Source: an uncultured Prevotellaceae bacterium (lineage in GTDB: Bacteria > Bacteroidota > Bacteroidia > Bacteroidales > UBA932). Taken from it: DNA of 64,000 nucleotides. The DNA is taken from the NCBI GenBank assembly GCA_900314395.1, contig OMVB01000157.1, positions 4,433 through 68,432 on the forward strand. Direction: 5' to 3'. The position numbers and the translations under genes are program-made. Of this stretch, positions 1 through 9,349 are shown piece after piece. The first letter of the stretch is position 1, and the number at the start of each line of letters is the position of its first letter. A model generated the notes under the pieces. It was not told the DNA's origin and searched no databases. It saw nothing but the letters and a program-made list of their open reading frames with translations.

Positions 1-605
1 TACGGGTACTGGCGGGTTTCCTCGCTCTCTACTATCATTCCTCCCTTGTTTGGGTCTTCGTTGAATAGCGGGAGTTTTTTCAGTTCCAGGAGGAATTCGT
101 GGTCTACGAGACCGCCTATACGCAGGTGGCGTTTGTTGCTTTCCCTTCCGCTGACGATTTCCTTGTAGTAAGCGTCGGCGGATTTATCTTTGTACAGCCT
201 GGCAAGGCCTTCTGACAGTTCGCGGGCCTTGTCTTTCCACTCTTGCTCCTTCTGGTCGCCTTTTTCCCTGCGTTTGGGATTGTCGCTCTTTTTCATGTCG
301 GCGAATTCTTCCCTTCTTACGGTGCAGTCCATGTAAACGCGGTACATGGGCAGGGACATGGCAAGGAGGCGTCCGTCGCGTGCCAGGATGGAGCCTCGCT
401 CCGGGTAAAGCGGCTGTTTTATGCTTCTGGGTTTGAAGAGACTGGCGATGGCGGGGTCCGGTTCGTATCGGAGCTGGATATCCACTATCCTGAGTATCAG
501 GACGATGCCTGCTACCAGGTAGAACAGATATATCACATAGAGGAATCTCCCTATGCGTTTTCCGTTGTCGCTATTTCCCTTTTTTCCCATATCTCTTTTT
601 GTCAT
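1..605 (-). CDS. ftsI: Penicillin-binding protein (FtsI/PBP3-like), N-terminal part; runs off the window
   Basis: Manual translation from ATG at 605: MTKRDMGKK..., a TM helix (FLYVIYLFYLVAGIVLILRIV), then ERGSILARDGRLLA, a PBP dimerisation-domain motif. Position after mraZ-rsmH-ftsL fits. Absent from the ORF track because its stop is outside the window. Confidence 0.85.
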   Translation of the reverse strand, partial: MTKRDMGKKGNSDNGKRIGRFLYVIYLFYLVAGIVLILRIVDIQLRYEPDPAIASLFKPRSIKQPLYPERGSILARDGRLLAMSLPMYRVYMDCTVRREEFADMKKSDNPKRREKGDQKEQEWKDKARELSEGLARLYKDKSADAYYKEIVSGRESNKRHLRIGGLVDHEFLLELKKLPLFNEDPNKGGMIVESEETRQYP

Positions 606-627
606 TCCGACCGTAGCGGAGGAATCT

Positions 628-960
628 CTATTCTTCTATCCTGTCCGCAGGCTTCTCCGGCAGGGTAATCTCCGACCCTTGCTCCCGGAGCAGTTTCTCC
701 ACGGTCTGCAACCTGCCAAGGCCAACCAGTTTCACGGTCTTCTGTGCGTGGAAGATTTTAAGGTCGTTCACGGCACTGCGGTTGCGTTCTACCGTTGCCA
801 GGGTGTTCTGTACCATCATGCTGTAAAGGATGATGAGCCATACCAGCAGGAAGGTATAGGCAATGTGTATGAAGTACTTGTCAAGCTGCATCCTGAGGAG
901 CAACTCTCCTTTCAGAATCGCCATAACAGTATTCTTTATTGCCACAAATACCTTTTTCAT
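628..960 (-). CDS. ftsL: FtsL-like cell division protein
   Basis: 110 aa, single TM helix followed by a coiled-coil-like segment; located between rsmH and ftsI. Confidence 0.75.
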   Translation of the reverse strand: MKKVFVAIKNTVMAILKGELLLRMQLDKYFIHIAYTFLLVWLIILYSMMVQNTLATVERNRSAVNDLKIFHAQKTVKLVGLGRLQTVEKLLREQGSEITLPEKPADRIEE

Positions 961-985
961 CGCAGTTCTTTTTTGGGTTTACGGT

Positions 986-1032
986 TCTGTTCCAGAGGCC
1001 ATGGACCCTTATTTTTGGGCCTCTGGAACAGA
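986..1032 (-). repeat. Long palindrome family B, copy 1 (intergenic, rsmH-ftsL)
   Basis: 15-bp perfect stem TCTGTTCCAGAGGCC/GGCCTCTGGAACAGA; 17-nt loop reads CAAAAATAAGGGTCCAT on the minus strand. Confidence 0.9.
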
Positions 1033-1042
1033 GACCGCAAAC

Positions 1043-1960
1043 CTATATTCTAACAGCAGTACGAAGCTTGGCGCTCCGTGCGCGGGTGTTACTTTGTATC
1101 TCTTCTTCCGTGGGAAGGACAGGCTTGCGGTCCAGGGCCTCGAACGGAGTAATCATCCTGCCAAAGGTATCCTTTTCCTGCCGGCCTTCCACGTTGCCGG
1201 TCTTAATAAAATTCTTCACCATCCTGTCCTCCAGGGAATGGTAGGTGATAATCGCGAGTCTTCCTCCCGGGGCTGTCACTGCGGGCAGGGCCTTGAGGAA
1301 TTTTTCCAGGGAGCGCATTTCCTGGTTTACTTCTATGCGCAGCGCCTGGTAAACTTTTGCCAGGAACTTGTGCTCCGCCATCTTGGGCAGGGCGGGCTCC
1401 AGTGCTTTGTCAAGGTCTCCCGTGGTGACGATGGCGGCCTTGCTGCGGGCGACTGCTATAAGTGACGCCAGCCTGCCGGGCTTGTCCACCTCTCCGTACA
1501 GGCGGAATATTCTTTCCAGTTCCGATGCCTCGTAGGTATTCACAATATCTGCGGCGCTAACCGGGGCCTGGGTGTTCATCCTCATGTCAAGAGGAGCATC
1601 GTACCTGAAGGAGAAGCCTCTTTCAGGAGTGTCGAACTGATGTGAAGAGACTCCCAGGTCTGCCAGGACGCCGTCTGCCTTTGCCGGCAGCCCGCGTTCC
1701 TTTGACAGGAGCTCCACATAGTTCTGCACAAAGCGGAAGTTGTTGTGTACAAGTATCAGTCGGTCGTCCTGCGGAGCGTTCCGGAGGGCGTCAGTGTCAC
1801 GATCGAAGGCGATGACCTTGCCACTGCCATTTAAGCGTGAAAGTATCCCGGCGGTGTGACCACCGCCTCCGAAAGTGGCATCGATATAAAGTCCTGATGG
1901 ATTTGTAACCAGCGCGCTTACGCTTGCGTCAAGCAAAACGGGAGTATGATATTCGCTCAT
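1043..1960 (-). CDS. rsmH: 16S rRNA m4C1402 methyltransferase RsmH (MraW)
   Basis: HTPVLL, DATFGGGGH, DLGVSSHQFD, PLDMRM, YHSLEDR and RARSAKLR motifs. Confidence 0.97.
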   Translation of the reverse strand: MSEYHTPVLLDASVSALVTNPSGLYIDATFGGGGHTAGILSRLNGSGKVIAFDRDTDALRNAPQDDRLILVHNNFRFVQNYVELLSKERGLPAKADGVLADLGVSSHQFDTPERGFSFRYDAPLDMRMNTQAPVSAADIVNTYEASELERIFRLYGEVDKPGRLASLIAVARSKAAIVTTGDLDKALEPALPKMAEHKFLAKVYQALRIEVNQEMRSLEKFLKALPAVTAPGGRLAIITYHSLEDRMVKNFIKTGNVEGRQEKDTFGRMITPFEALDRKPVLPTEEEIQSNTRARSAKLRTAVRI

Positions 1961-1971
1961 TCCTTGCCCTC

Positions 1972-2430
1972 CTATCTCTGCTGAGACAATTCTTGGGCAA
2001 GTGCTTGGTAATCAGTGTTGGACATCTCCTTCTCCCTATAGGCGGCAGCGTCCCAGATCTCGATTTTGAAGCCTTTGCCTGCGAATATCACGTCTTTGGT
2101 TAAACCTGACATTTCTTTCAGATTTCCGGGGATGGATATGCGGCCAAGCTTCGGGTCAGGAACGACAATCGCGCTGTCCTGCATATATTTCCTCCAGAAG
2201 TTGGCGTGATTGGGGTTGAAGAAGTTTAGTTTGCTTTTAATAGACTCTGCCTGCTGCTGCCATTCCTCAAATGTGTACATCTCAAGGCAGTTTTGGTAGA
2301 TGTCTTTGTGCAGGACGAACTTCATTTCACACTCAGGGGCGACAAGGGCCTTGAGGCCGGCAGGGAATACTACTCTTCCCTTGTCGTCCAGCTTGGCTGC
2401 AAAGTCTCCTATGAAGGTGGAACAGTTCAT
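1972..2430 (-). CDS. mraZ: Division/cell-wall cluster repressor MraZ
   Basis: KLDDKGRV and DPKLGRISIP SpoVT-AbrB repeats, IEIWD motif; upstream of rsmH. Confidence 0.92.
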   Translation of the reverse strand: MNCSTFIGDFAAKLDDKGRVVFPAGLKALVAPECEMKFVLHKDIYQNCLEMYTFEEWQQQAESIKSKLNFFNPNHANFWRKYMQDSAIVVPDPKLGRISIPGNLKEMSGLTKDVIFAGKGFKIEIWDAAAYREKEMSNTDYQALAQELSQQR

Positions 2431-2458
2431 TATCTTCGGTTTTCTTTCACGCTGGGGA

Positions 2459-2512
2459 CAAAGATACGAAAAACTTTTCCACTTTCTTCCACTTTTTTAC
2501 AATTTTTTCCAC
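2459..2512 (-). promoter_or_regulatory. dcw promoter with MraZ-box direct repeats
   Basis: -7 TATCTTTG at 2466-2459. GTGGAA repeats at 2477, 2487 and 2507 plus a degenerate copy at 2497, with 10-bp period, resemble MraZ GTGG-type binding repeats. Confidence 0.7.
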
Positions 2513-2615
2513 AATTTTTTTAAAATACCCTTTCCCAACGCTACAGAGCCTGTATGGTTTGGAAACTTACGCTCCAAACCATACAGGCTCTTTCGCAAAA
2601 CAACTTGGCTTACCT

Positions 2616-3119
2616 TTAGCCTTTAACGGCGGCCGGCGTCCAGTGCTTGAAGAAACTCAAGACTTTTTTCTTGCTGTAACCGTCACCTTCCTCAAGGTAG
2701 CTGGAGTCTTGCAGGTGAATCACCTTGCCGCTGCCGTCCAGAACCACGAAGACAGGGTAGCCGAAGCGTCCGAAGTTGTTCAGGCGTTTCTGCAGGGCCT
2801 TGTTCTGCTCCGCCTTGGCGGCATCGGCAGTTTTACCGGGCTTGTAGTTCACATGGATGAATACAAAGTTGTCGTCGATGATTTTGGTAATGTCGGCATC
2901 GGCCTTGACGAAGGCGGCGAACTTAAGGCACCAGGGGCACCAGTTGCCACCGACCTGGCAGATGACGAATTTTCCCTCTGCGGAGGCTTTCACAACGGCG
3001 GCCTCAATCTGTTCAAGGGGGTTAACGGTCTCGTCGTAGACGGGTTCTAATTTTTTGTTCTGGGCGTTTGCCAGAAAGGGAAGTGCCAGCGCAAGGGCTG
3101 TAAGGAGTATTTTTTTCAT
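2616..3119 (-). CDS. Exported thioredoxin-family protein
   Basis: WCPWC CxxC motif; signal peptide MKKILLTALALALPFLANA. Start placed at 3119 because the upstream extension is a translated repeat. Confidence 0.85.
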   Translation of the reverse strand: MKKILLTALALALPFLANAQNKKLEPVYDETVNPLEQIEAAVVKASAEGKFVICQVGGNWCPWCLKFAAFVKADADITKIIDDNFVFIHVNYKPGKTADAAKAEQNKALQKRLNNFGRFGYPVFVVLDGSGKVIHLQDSSYLEEGDGYSKKKVLSFFKHWTPAAVKG

Positions 3120-3125
3120 AGAATA

Positions 3126-3153
3126 AGATTTTTCGACTTCGCTCAAAATGACA
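3126..3153 (-). repeat. REP-like hairpin family A, copy 1 (intergenic)
   Basis: Minus strand TGTC-ATTTT-GAGCGAAGTCGA-AAAAT-CT. Confidence 0.85.
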
Positions 3154-3156
3154 AAA

Positions 3157-4407
3157 CTATTCTGTCCAAACAAGGTAGGCGGAAACCAGCCAGAAGTTCA
3201 TCTCGTTTTTCTCGTGGGACAGCGGCTGGGCTGTAGGAATGCTTATGGTAAGGCGGTGGGCGCCGGCGGCAAGGTCCTCAAGGGGAACCACTACCGGATT
3301 AACCTGCGACCCGGGACACCAGTTGGAGCGGGAGTAGTCAGAAGAGGCGATAATCTCGTCAATCTCTTTTTCCACCCTGCGGGGGCCGGACGGGGTCCAG
3401 GCTACGTAAGCGGCGGTACGCCTTTCCGTCCAGACGCCGGAAGTGGGGTTGAAGCGGCGGAAAGATGCGCAGTCCGTGCGCCATGGAGTGTAATCGATAA
3501 CGGCCTCTCCGTCCATCGAAACTATGTTTCTCTGCTTTGTGAACTCATCGCCCTCACTGTGGCCGCCGTGGCCTGTGGTAATGTAAGCAAGGCGTGCGGA
3601 AGAAGGCACCTGGGGCAGTTCAAAGTCTACGCTCAGGTCTTTGCGCGCAAAGATGTCAGGGTACTCCTGGCCAACGTAATAGACAGTGTTAACCAGAGGC
3701 ATTACATGGCGTTTGGGCAGGGGAGTGTACTCGTTTCCGGTCTCCTCTACATCGATATCAACGCTGGCAATATAGCCCTCCTTTGTCCAGGTGTCAATGA
3801 AAACGCCAACGTAGGCATCGTCCTGCAAAAGAGGGAAAAGATCGGTGATATCGGCCTCCCAGTAAGTCTCAGGGGCCCATCCGTCCACGTAGACAGGGCG
3901 CGTTTTGCTAACCTTGGCGGTGTCCAGGCGGCTGTAGAAACCAACGCCGAAGGGCGTCATGAAGCGGAGCAGCTCTGCTGCGGGGGCATATCCGTCGGCC
4001 GCGGCAACGCCAACCAGTTTTTCATATACCAGGGAGTCGACGGCAGGATAGGCGGCTTCTCCGGCGGCTACAGTCATCATGTTTACTGCCTGCGAGCCGG
4101 GGATAACGAATACGGAGCCGCTCTTGTCCCAGCGGTCACCGGCGGATTCTACGCGGACGGTGATGGTGGCTTTGACATCGCGCTCGTATGCGGGCAGTTC
4201 AATCTTTTTAAGTATGATGCGGCCGTTTCCCAGGCGGATGATTCCGTTTTCATCGGCAGCGTTAAAGGCCCCCAGCGAATCCGGAATCCAGCGCAAAGGC
4301 TCCTTCTGGAAAACGCTCAAGCGGGTGTCTCCCACGCTCTTGTAAGTCTTGGTGCAGGCCGATGCAAGGGTTGCGAGCGCACAGGCCAGGATGAGGAATT
4401 TTCTCAT
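3157..4407 (-). CDS. Peptide-N-glycosidase F family lipoprotein
   Basis: DRWDKSGS, ELLRFMTPFG, TTGHGG..GDEF and SRSNWCPG motifs typical of the PNGase F family; lipobox LASAC. Confidence 0.8.
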   Translation of the reverse strand: MRKFLILACALATLASACTKTYKSVGDTRLSVFQKEPLRWIPDSLGAFNAADENGIIRLGNGRIILKKIELPAYERDVKATITVRVESAGDRWDKSGSVFVIPGSQAVNMMTVAAGEAAYPAVDSLVYEKLVGVAAADGYAPAAELLRFMTPFGVGFYSRLDTAKVSKTRPVYVDGWAPETYWEADITDLFPLLQDDAYVGVFIDTWTKEGYIASVDIDVEETGNEYTPLPKRHVMPLVNTVYYVGQEYPDIFARKDLSVDFELPQVPSSARLAYITTGHGGHSEGDEFTKQRNIVSMDGEAVIDYTPWRTDCASFRRFNPTSGVWTERRTAAYVAWTPSGPRRVEKEIDEIIASSDYSRSNWCPGSQVNPVVVPLEDLAAGAHRLTISIPTAQPLSHEKNEMNFWLVSAYLVWTE

Positions 4408-4410
4408 ATT

Positions 4411-5772
4411 TTATTCGTTCATTGTTATAACTTGACCGGAGCCGCGGTACAGGCTTACCGGGCCGTCCGTTTCTATCGCGATAACTGTAATGGCGCTGTC
4501 CAGGGCATCGTCGGGGACCGTAATCTCCAGAAGGCCGGGTACTTCGGACCATGAAAGCTTGTTGAAAATCTTCCACTGCGGAGCGATGTCGCTGCCAACT
4601 ATGCGGACTTTTTTGATGTTGTCCACCAGTCCTTTTACTTCTACCGGGCCGATGGGTTTGTATGGCAGATAGATGTAGAGGACATCGCCGGCGGTGCTTA
4701 CGCTGGTGTATGCCTTTACGTGGTCTCCGGGGATGCCTGCGCGGGTGTTATATACGGCCTCTGAGTGTTTGGAGGTCCATCTTCCCAGTTCTTTAAGTAC
4801 GGCGACTTCTTCCTCCGGGATGCTTCCGTCTTCCCTGGGGCCGATGTCCAGTAGCAGGTTCCCTCCGTTGGAGATGCAGTCTACCAGTGTTTTGAGCACC
4901 ATCTGGGGGCTCTTGAAGTTGAGGTCCTTGTGCTGGAAGCCCCAGGAGTCGTTGATTGTGTAGCAGAGCTCCCAGTAGCGGTCTGCGGGACGCACTACGG
5001 GAACACCTATTTCTGGCGTGCCGTAATCTCCGTAACCCTGTATGCGTGAATTGATTATGCATGCTGGATTGTCGCTGCGGAGCTTGTCTGTGAGCTCTTT
5101 TGCCTTCCAGGTTTCCGCGCTCTGCTCCCAGTCGCCGTCAAACCACCAGAGATCCGGTTTGTACTGAGCCGTGAGCTCGTCCAGCTGTGCCGTGATGAAG
5201 TCCAGGAACTTCTGCCAGCGCTCCGGCTCCGCGGCTATGTCATACTTGGCGGGGCCGTTGCGGTAAATATTGGGATAATCCGGGTGGGACCAGTCAATCA
5301 GTGAATAATACAGTCCCAGCTTCACTCCTCCGCGGCGGCGGACAGCATCGACAAAAGGAGTAAGGACATCCCTGGCGGCGGGGGACATTTTCACAAGGCT
5401 TTTGTCATCGGCCTTGGTGTCCCAAAGGGCAACGCCGTCATGGTGCTTGGACGTGATGACGGTGTATTTGGCTCCGGAGCCGGCAATCAGGTCCGCCCAG
5501 GCTTCAGGGTCGTATGAAGACGCCGTAAACCTCTTGGCCTGGGCCATATAGTCTTCGTGGGAAATGTAACCGTTGTGGAAGGACCAGCTTTCGCTTACTC
5601 CGTCCACGGCGTAGATGCCCCAGTGGATGAAAATGCCCAGTTTGGCATTGTCGAACCATTGCATTTTTGCAGTGTCCACTGGCATGTTCTCTTGAACGGA
5701 ACCGGCCCCCTGTGAACAGGAGGTCAGTACCGGAATTATTGCCAGAAGGCAGTATGTCAGAAATTTTCTCAT
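4411..5772 (-). CDS. Alpha-L-fucosidase (GH29), lipoprotein
   Basis: WFDNAKLGIFIHWG, TSKHHDG, LWWFDGDW and NGGNLLLDIGP motifs; lipobox LTSC. Confidence 0.92.
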   Translation of the reverse strand: MRKFLTYCLLAIIPVLTSCSQGAGSVQENMPVDTAKMQWFDNAKLGIFIHWGIYAVDGVSESWSFHNGYISHEDYMAQAKRFTASSYDPEAWADLIAGSGAKYTVITSKHHDGVALWDTKADDKSLVKMSPAARDVLTPFVDAVRRRGGVKLGLYYSLIDWSHPDYPNIYRNGPAKYDIAAEPERWQKFLDFITAQLDELTAQYKPDLWWFDGDWEQSAETWKAKELTDKLRSDNPACIINSRIQGYGDYGTPEIGVPVVRPADRYWELCYTINDSWGFQHKDLNFKSPQMVLKTLVDCISNGGNLLLDIGPREDGSIPEEEVAVLKELGRWTSKHSEAVYNTRAGIPGDHVKAYTSVSTAGDVLYIYLPYKPIGPVEVKGLVDNIKKVRIVGSDIAPQWKIFNKLSWSEVPGLLEITVPDDALDSAITVIAIETDGPVSLYRGSGQVITMNE

Positions 5773-7049
5773 AGTCTTTCGATGGTGGCCTCGCGGTCAG
5801 GGCCAAGGGAGATTATGCTTATTCGTGTGCCCAGATAGCCTTCTATGAACTTAAGGTAGTCCATAAAGGATTTCGGCAGGTCTTCTTCCTTGCGGATATC
5901 GGCCAGGGATGTCTTCCAGCCGGGGAAATCTGTGTAAACAGGGGTGATCCTGCCGTCTGAGATGTCATAAGGGAAGCGGTCTGTCTGCCTGCCGTCCACC
6001 AGATAAGAGGTGCAGGCGCGGATGGTTTCAAAGCCGTCCAGGCAGTCCGACTTCATCATTATAAGGTCTGTGACTCCGCTAAGGGTTACTGCGTATTTGA
6101 GGGCTACAAGGTCTATCCAGCCGCAGCGGCGGGGACGTCCGGTTACTGCTCCGTATTCATGGCCGATGCGCCTTAGTTCCTCTCCTGTGGCATCGAACAG
6201 CTCGGTAGGGAAGGGGCCGCTTCCCACCCTGGTGCAGTATGCCTTGAAGATTCCGTATACTTTGCCGATGCGGCTGGGGGCTGCTCCCAATCCGGTGCAG
6301 ACGCCGCCGGCGGTGGTGTTGGAGGAGGTTACGAAGGGATATGAGCCGTAGTCTACGTCCAGCATCGACCCTTGTGCGCCTTCCGCCAGGATTGGCTGCT
6401 CTTTCAAAACATCATCGACAAAGAATTCGCAGTCTACGAATTTGTATTTTTTCATTCTGTCGATGGCGCCGAAGAACTTATCTTCTTCAAGGTCCTTTTC
6501 CTCATAGCTGAAGCCCAGATTCTTGAGTTGCTCTTTATGTTTTGCGGTGAGTTTCAGGTATTTGTCCTTGAAGTCCGGGAGTTCGATGTCTCCTACCCTC
6601 AGGCCGTTACGGCCTGTTTTGTCGCTGTAGCACGGGCCGATGCCTTTAAGTGTGGAGCCGATTTTGCCTTTGCCTGCGGCGGTTTCACGGGCTGCGTCCA
6701 GAAGGCGGTGTGTGGGAAGGATGAGATGGGCTTTGCGGCCTATCACAAGTTTCTTTTCCGGTTCTATGCCGGTGGCTTCCCTGATGCTGTCGCATTCTGA
6801 TATGAAGGCGATAGGGTCAAGGACTACTCCGTTGCCGACGATGTTGGTGGAGCCTTCCCTGAAGATGCCGGAGGGGATGCTCCTGACTACGAAGGATTTG
6901 CCGTCGAAGTGCAGGGAGTGGCCGGCATTGGGGCCGCCCTGGAAACGTGCTACCACGCCGTAGCGGCCGGCAAGTACGTCAACTATTTTTCCTTTGCCCT
7001 CGTCACCCCACTGGAGTCCGAGGACTACGTCTACTTTATGCATTGCCAA
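5769..7049 (-). CDS. purA: Adenylosuccinate synthetase
   Basis: GLQWGDEGKGK, GGPNAGH, EGAQG and TGRPRRCGW motifs. Confidence 0.98.
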   Translation of the reverse strand: MAMHKVDVVLGLQWGDEGKGKIVDVLAGRYGVVARFQGGPNAGHSLHFDGKSFVVRSIPSGIFREGSTNIVGNGVVLDPIAFISECDSIREATGIEPEKKLVIGRKAHLILPTHRLLDAARETAAGKGKIGSTLKGIGPCYSDKTGRNGLRVGDIELPDFKDKYLKLTAKHKEQLKNLGFSYEEKDLEEDKFFGAIDRMKKYKFVDCEFFVDDVLKEQPILAEGAQGSMLDVDYGSYPFVTSSNTTAGGVCTGLGAAPSRIGKVYGIFKAYCTRVGSGPFPTELFDATGEELRRIGHEYGAVTGRPRRCGWIDLVALKYAVTLSGVTDLIMMKSDCLDGFETIRACTSYLVDGRQTDRFPYDISDGRITPVYTDFPGWKTSLADIRKEEDLPKSFMDYLKFIEGYLGTRISIISLGPDREATIERL

Positions 7050-7055
7050 AACTGT

Positions 7056-7493
7056 TTAGAACGGAAGATCATCGCCCTCCTGTGCAAGGGGTGCTGCAGG
7101 GGCTGCGCCTTGTGCCGTGAAGCCTGCGGGAGCGTCTTCACGGTCGTTCCTTCTTGTGAGGAGTTGGAGATTGTCTGCGACGATTTCTGTGATATAGCGT
7201 TTCTGGCCGGCCTGGTCTGTCCAGGAGCGGGAGCGGAGGTGACCCTCTATGTAGAGCTGGCTGCCTTTCTTGACGAAGCGCTCCACTGTGTCTGCTAGAC
7301 CTCTCCAGGCTACGATGTTGTGCCATTCCGTGTTTTCCTGAAGATTGCCGGAGCGGTCGCGGTAGCGCTCTGTTGTTGCCAGAGTGAAGGTTGCTACTTT
7401 GGCGTTTGTGCCGTTTGCTGTGTTTCCATCAAGGTAACGTACTGTAGGATCCTGGCCCACGTTACCGATAAGCATTGCTTTGTTTAGTGACAT
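7056..7493 (-). CDS. ssb: Single-stranded DNA-binding protein
   Basis: LNKAMLIGNVG, TEWHNIV and C-terminal DDLPF. Confidence 0.97.
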   Translation of the reverse strand: MSLNKAMLIGNVGQDPTVRYLDGNTANGTNAKVATFTLATTERYRDRSGNLQENTEWHNIVAWRGLADTVERFVKKGSQLYIEGHLRSRSWTDQAGQKRYITEIVADNLQLLTRRNDREDAPAGFTAQGAAPAAPLAQEGDDLPF

Positions 7494-7518
7494 ATCTATA
7501 GTAGTATTTAAGTTGTTT

Positions 7519-7559
7519 CAAAGATAAGTAAAAGACTTGACAATATAAAAATATTGTCA
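7519..7559 (-). promoter_or_regulatory. ssb promoter (-7 TATCTTTG) with adjacent palindrome
   Basis: CAAAGATA at 7519-7526; TGACAATAT-AAAA-ATATTGTCA at 7538-7559. Confidence 0.55.
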
Positions 7560-7608
7560 GTAATTTTTCCGAACTTTTTACATACCTCTTGCCGGCTGAC
7601 TTAAGTTT

Positions 7609-8514
7609 CTATTTTGCGATGTTGGTGAGGAGGGGGAAACCGGCGAGGGCCTGGAGGCGGAGCCAGTCCTGGCCGGAGACATGGATGGCGCCGGCGCGGA
7701 GCGCGCTCAGAAGCAGTCCATCCTTGAATGCAGGATTCTTGTAGTTAGCCTCCACGACTATTTTCGGGTGGTGCGATCCGATTTTCCCAAAGTCCCCGAC
7801 TTCCAGCTCATTTAAGCCTTCTGCCGCGGCCGACGCCGCGTAAATAATTACGTCACAGCTCCTTACGGCCGCTTTTAGATCTTGAAGGCCGCAAACGGCA
7901 AAGCCGTATTCAGGAGCACTCATGGCAAAATCTGCGGCCTTTGACTGGGTGCGGTTGCAAAGGATTACATCGTAACCCAGCTCTGCTGCGGCAACCGCGG
8001 CCGCACGGCCGGCTCCGCCGCAGCCGGCGACCAGCGCCTGGCCACCGCCGGGATACAGGACACTGAACTGCTGCTTGAAAAACTGGTGGACCCGCTTTAC
8101 AAAGTCCGCCCCGAACTCCCCGTGGAATTCGCTCACAATTTCCGGGAAACAAGCCTCTGCAAGGCCGAGAATCACTGCAGAAAAATCCGTATTGTCCCCG
8201 TATATAATCCCGCTGGAACCTGGCCCGGAACCGGGCTGTTTGACGGCCAGGTTAATGGCTCCGGCCTTGAACGCCGGGCCGGAGAGGGCTCCCAGGCCGT
8301 CGGCGGTAAGCGCGGCTACCTGCGCAAATGCTTTCTCCTTGAAAGGCGCAGTTATATTCACTCCGTCGTAGTCACTGAGGAATCGTTTCCAAAGTACCTG
8401 GAAATCAGAGCCTTCTATAAGGTCGTAAGGCCACTTTCCGCCGTAGGCGGCACGGAACAGTTCCGGGCTGCCGGAATGGGCGATGTCGCTGCCTATGAGT
8501 CCGAATCTTTTCAT
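7609..8514 (-). CDS. aroE: Shikimate dehydrogenase
   Basis: FGLIG..IAHSGSP, GVNITAPFKE, GAIN, DNTD, GCGGAGRA and NRTQSKA motifs. Confidence 0.85.
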   Translation of the reverse strand: MKRFGLIGSDIAHSGSPELFRAAYGGKWPYDLIEGSDFQVLWKRFLSDYDGVNITAPFKEKAFAQVAALTADGLGALSGPAFKAGAINLAVKQPGSGPGSSGIIYGDNTDFSAVILGLAEACFPEIVSEFHGEFGADFVKRVHQFFKQQFSVLYPGGGQALVAGCGGAGRAAAVAAAELGYDVILCNRTQSKAADFAMSAPEYGFAVCGLQDLKAAVRSCDVIIYAASAAAEGLNELEVGDFGKIGSHHPKIVVEANYKNPAFKDGLLLSALRAGAIHVSGQDWLRLQALAGFPLLTNIAK

Positions 8515-9344
8515 GGATTCTTCGCTTTGCTCAGAATGACAGGGGACTGTCTTTGGCGGACGGCTTCGAAGAGGAGGATGGCGGCGGAGACGGAAACGTT
8601 CAAGGAATCCAGACGGCCCAGCATCGGTATGCGTATATGCTCATCGGCGGCAAGACGCCAGGCGTCGGACAGCCCCGTTGCCTCCGTTCCCATCACGATG
8701 GCAACCCCGCGGCGCATATCGGAATCGTAGTAAAGAACTGAGTCCTGGAGCTGCGCTGTAAGGATGCGTATCCCATTGTCTTTCAGGTATTTGATTGCAT
8801 CGGCCGATGTCGCAGTGACAACTGGTACGGAAAAAATTGCGCCGATGGATGCCCGAATAAGATTGGGGTTGAAGAGGTCTGTCAGAGGGTCGCAGACGAT
8901 GACGGCATCGGCCCCGGCGGCATCGGCGCTGCGAAGCACCGCGCCAAGATTCCCCGGCTTCTCTACGGATTCCAGAACCATTACCAGCGGGTTCCCCGGA
9001 AGAGAGATGCTGCCAAGGCTTCGCCCGGGCGTAACCATTTCTGCTATAATGCCTTCCGTTCCTTCACGGTATGCGATTTTGCCGTATACGACAGGGGAGA
9101 CTTCAAAGAGATTCTTCGCTTCGCTCAGAACCTTGCAAAGCAAGGGGGTTTCTTCGGTCAGTTCAAGGATCTCCGGGCAAACAAACAGCGTATCTATCCG
9201 GAAACCAGCCTCAAGTGCATGCTCCAGTTCCCGCCGGCCCTCCAGGACAAACAGCCCCTTCTCCCGCCGCAGTTTAGATTTTTCCTGCAACGCCAGAAGC
9301 TCCTTTATCTTCGGATTCTGCGCAGAAGTAATTCTCTCTGCCAT
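8511..9344 (-). CDS. TrmH/SpoU family RNA methyltransferase
   Basis: ITSAQNPKIK, KPGNLGAVLRSADAAG, MGTEATGL and SLNVSVSAAILL motifs. Confidence 0.93.
   Translation of the reverse strand: MAERITSAQNPKIKELLALQEKSKLRREKGLFVLEGRRELEHALEAGFRIDTLFVCPEILELTEETPLLCKVLSEAKNLFEVSPVVYGKIAYREGTEGIIAEMVTPGRSLGSISLPGNPLVMVLESVEKPGNLGAVLRSADAAGADAVIVCDPLTDLFNPNLIRASIGAIFSVPVVTATSADAIKYLKDNGIRILTAQLQDSVLYYDSDMRRGVAIVMGTEATGLSDAWRLAADEHIRIPMLGRLDSLNVSVSAAILLFEAVRQRQSPVILSKAKNP
8515..8546 (-). repeat. REP-like family A, copy 2 (in-frame, C-terminus of TrmH)
   Basis: TCCCCTGTC-ATTCT-GAGCAAAGCGA-AGAAT-CC encodes SPVILSKAKNP. Confidence 0.85.
9108..9131 (-). repeat. REP-like family A, copy 3 (partial, in-frame inside TrmH)
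   Basis: GTTCTGAGCGAAGCGAAGAATCTC encodes VLSEAKNL. Confidence 0.75.
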
Positions 9345-9349
9345 ACGTG

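Noticed and set aside
3120-3173. N-terminal extension of the thioredoxin (MFGQNSFVILSEVEKS)
   Set aside because: It overlaps the upstream gene's stop, is a translation of repeat A1, and precedes a clean signal peptide starting at 3119.
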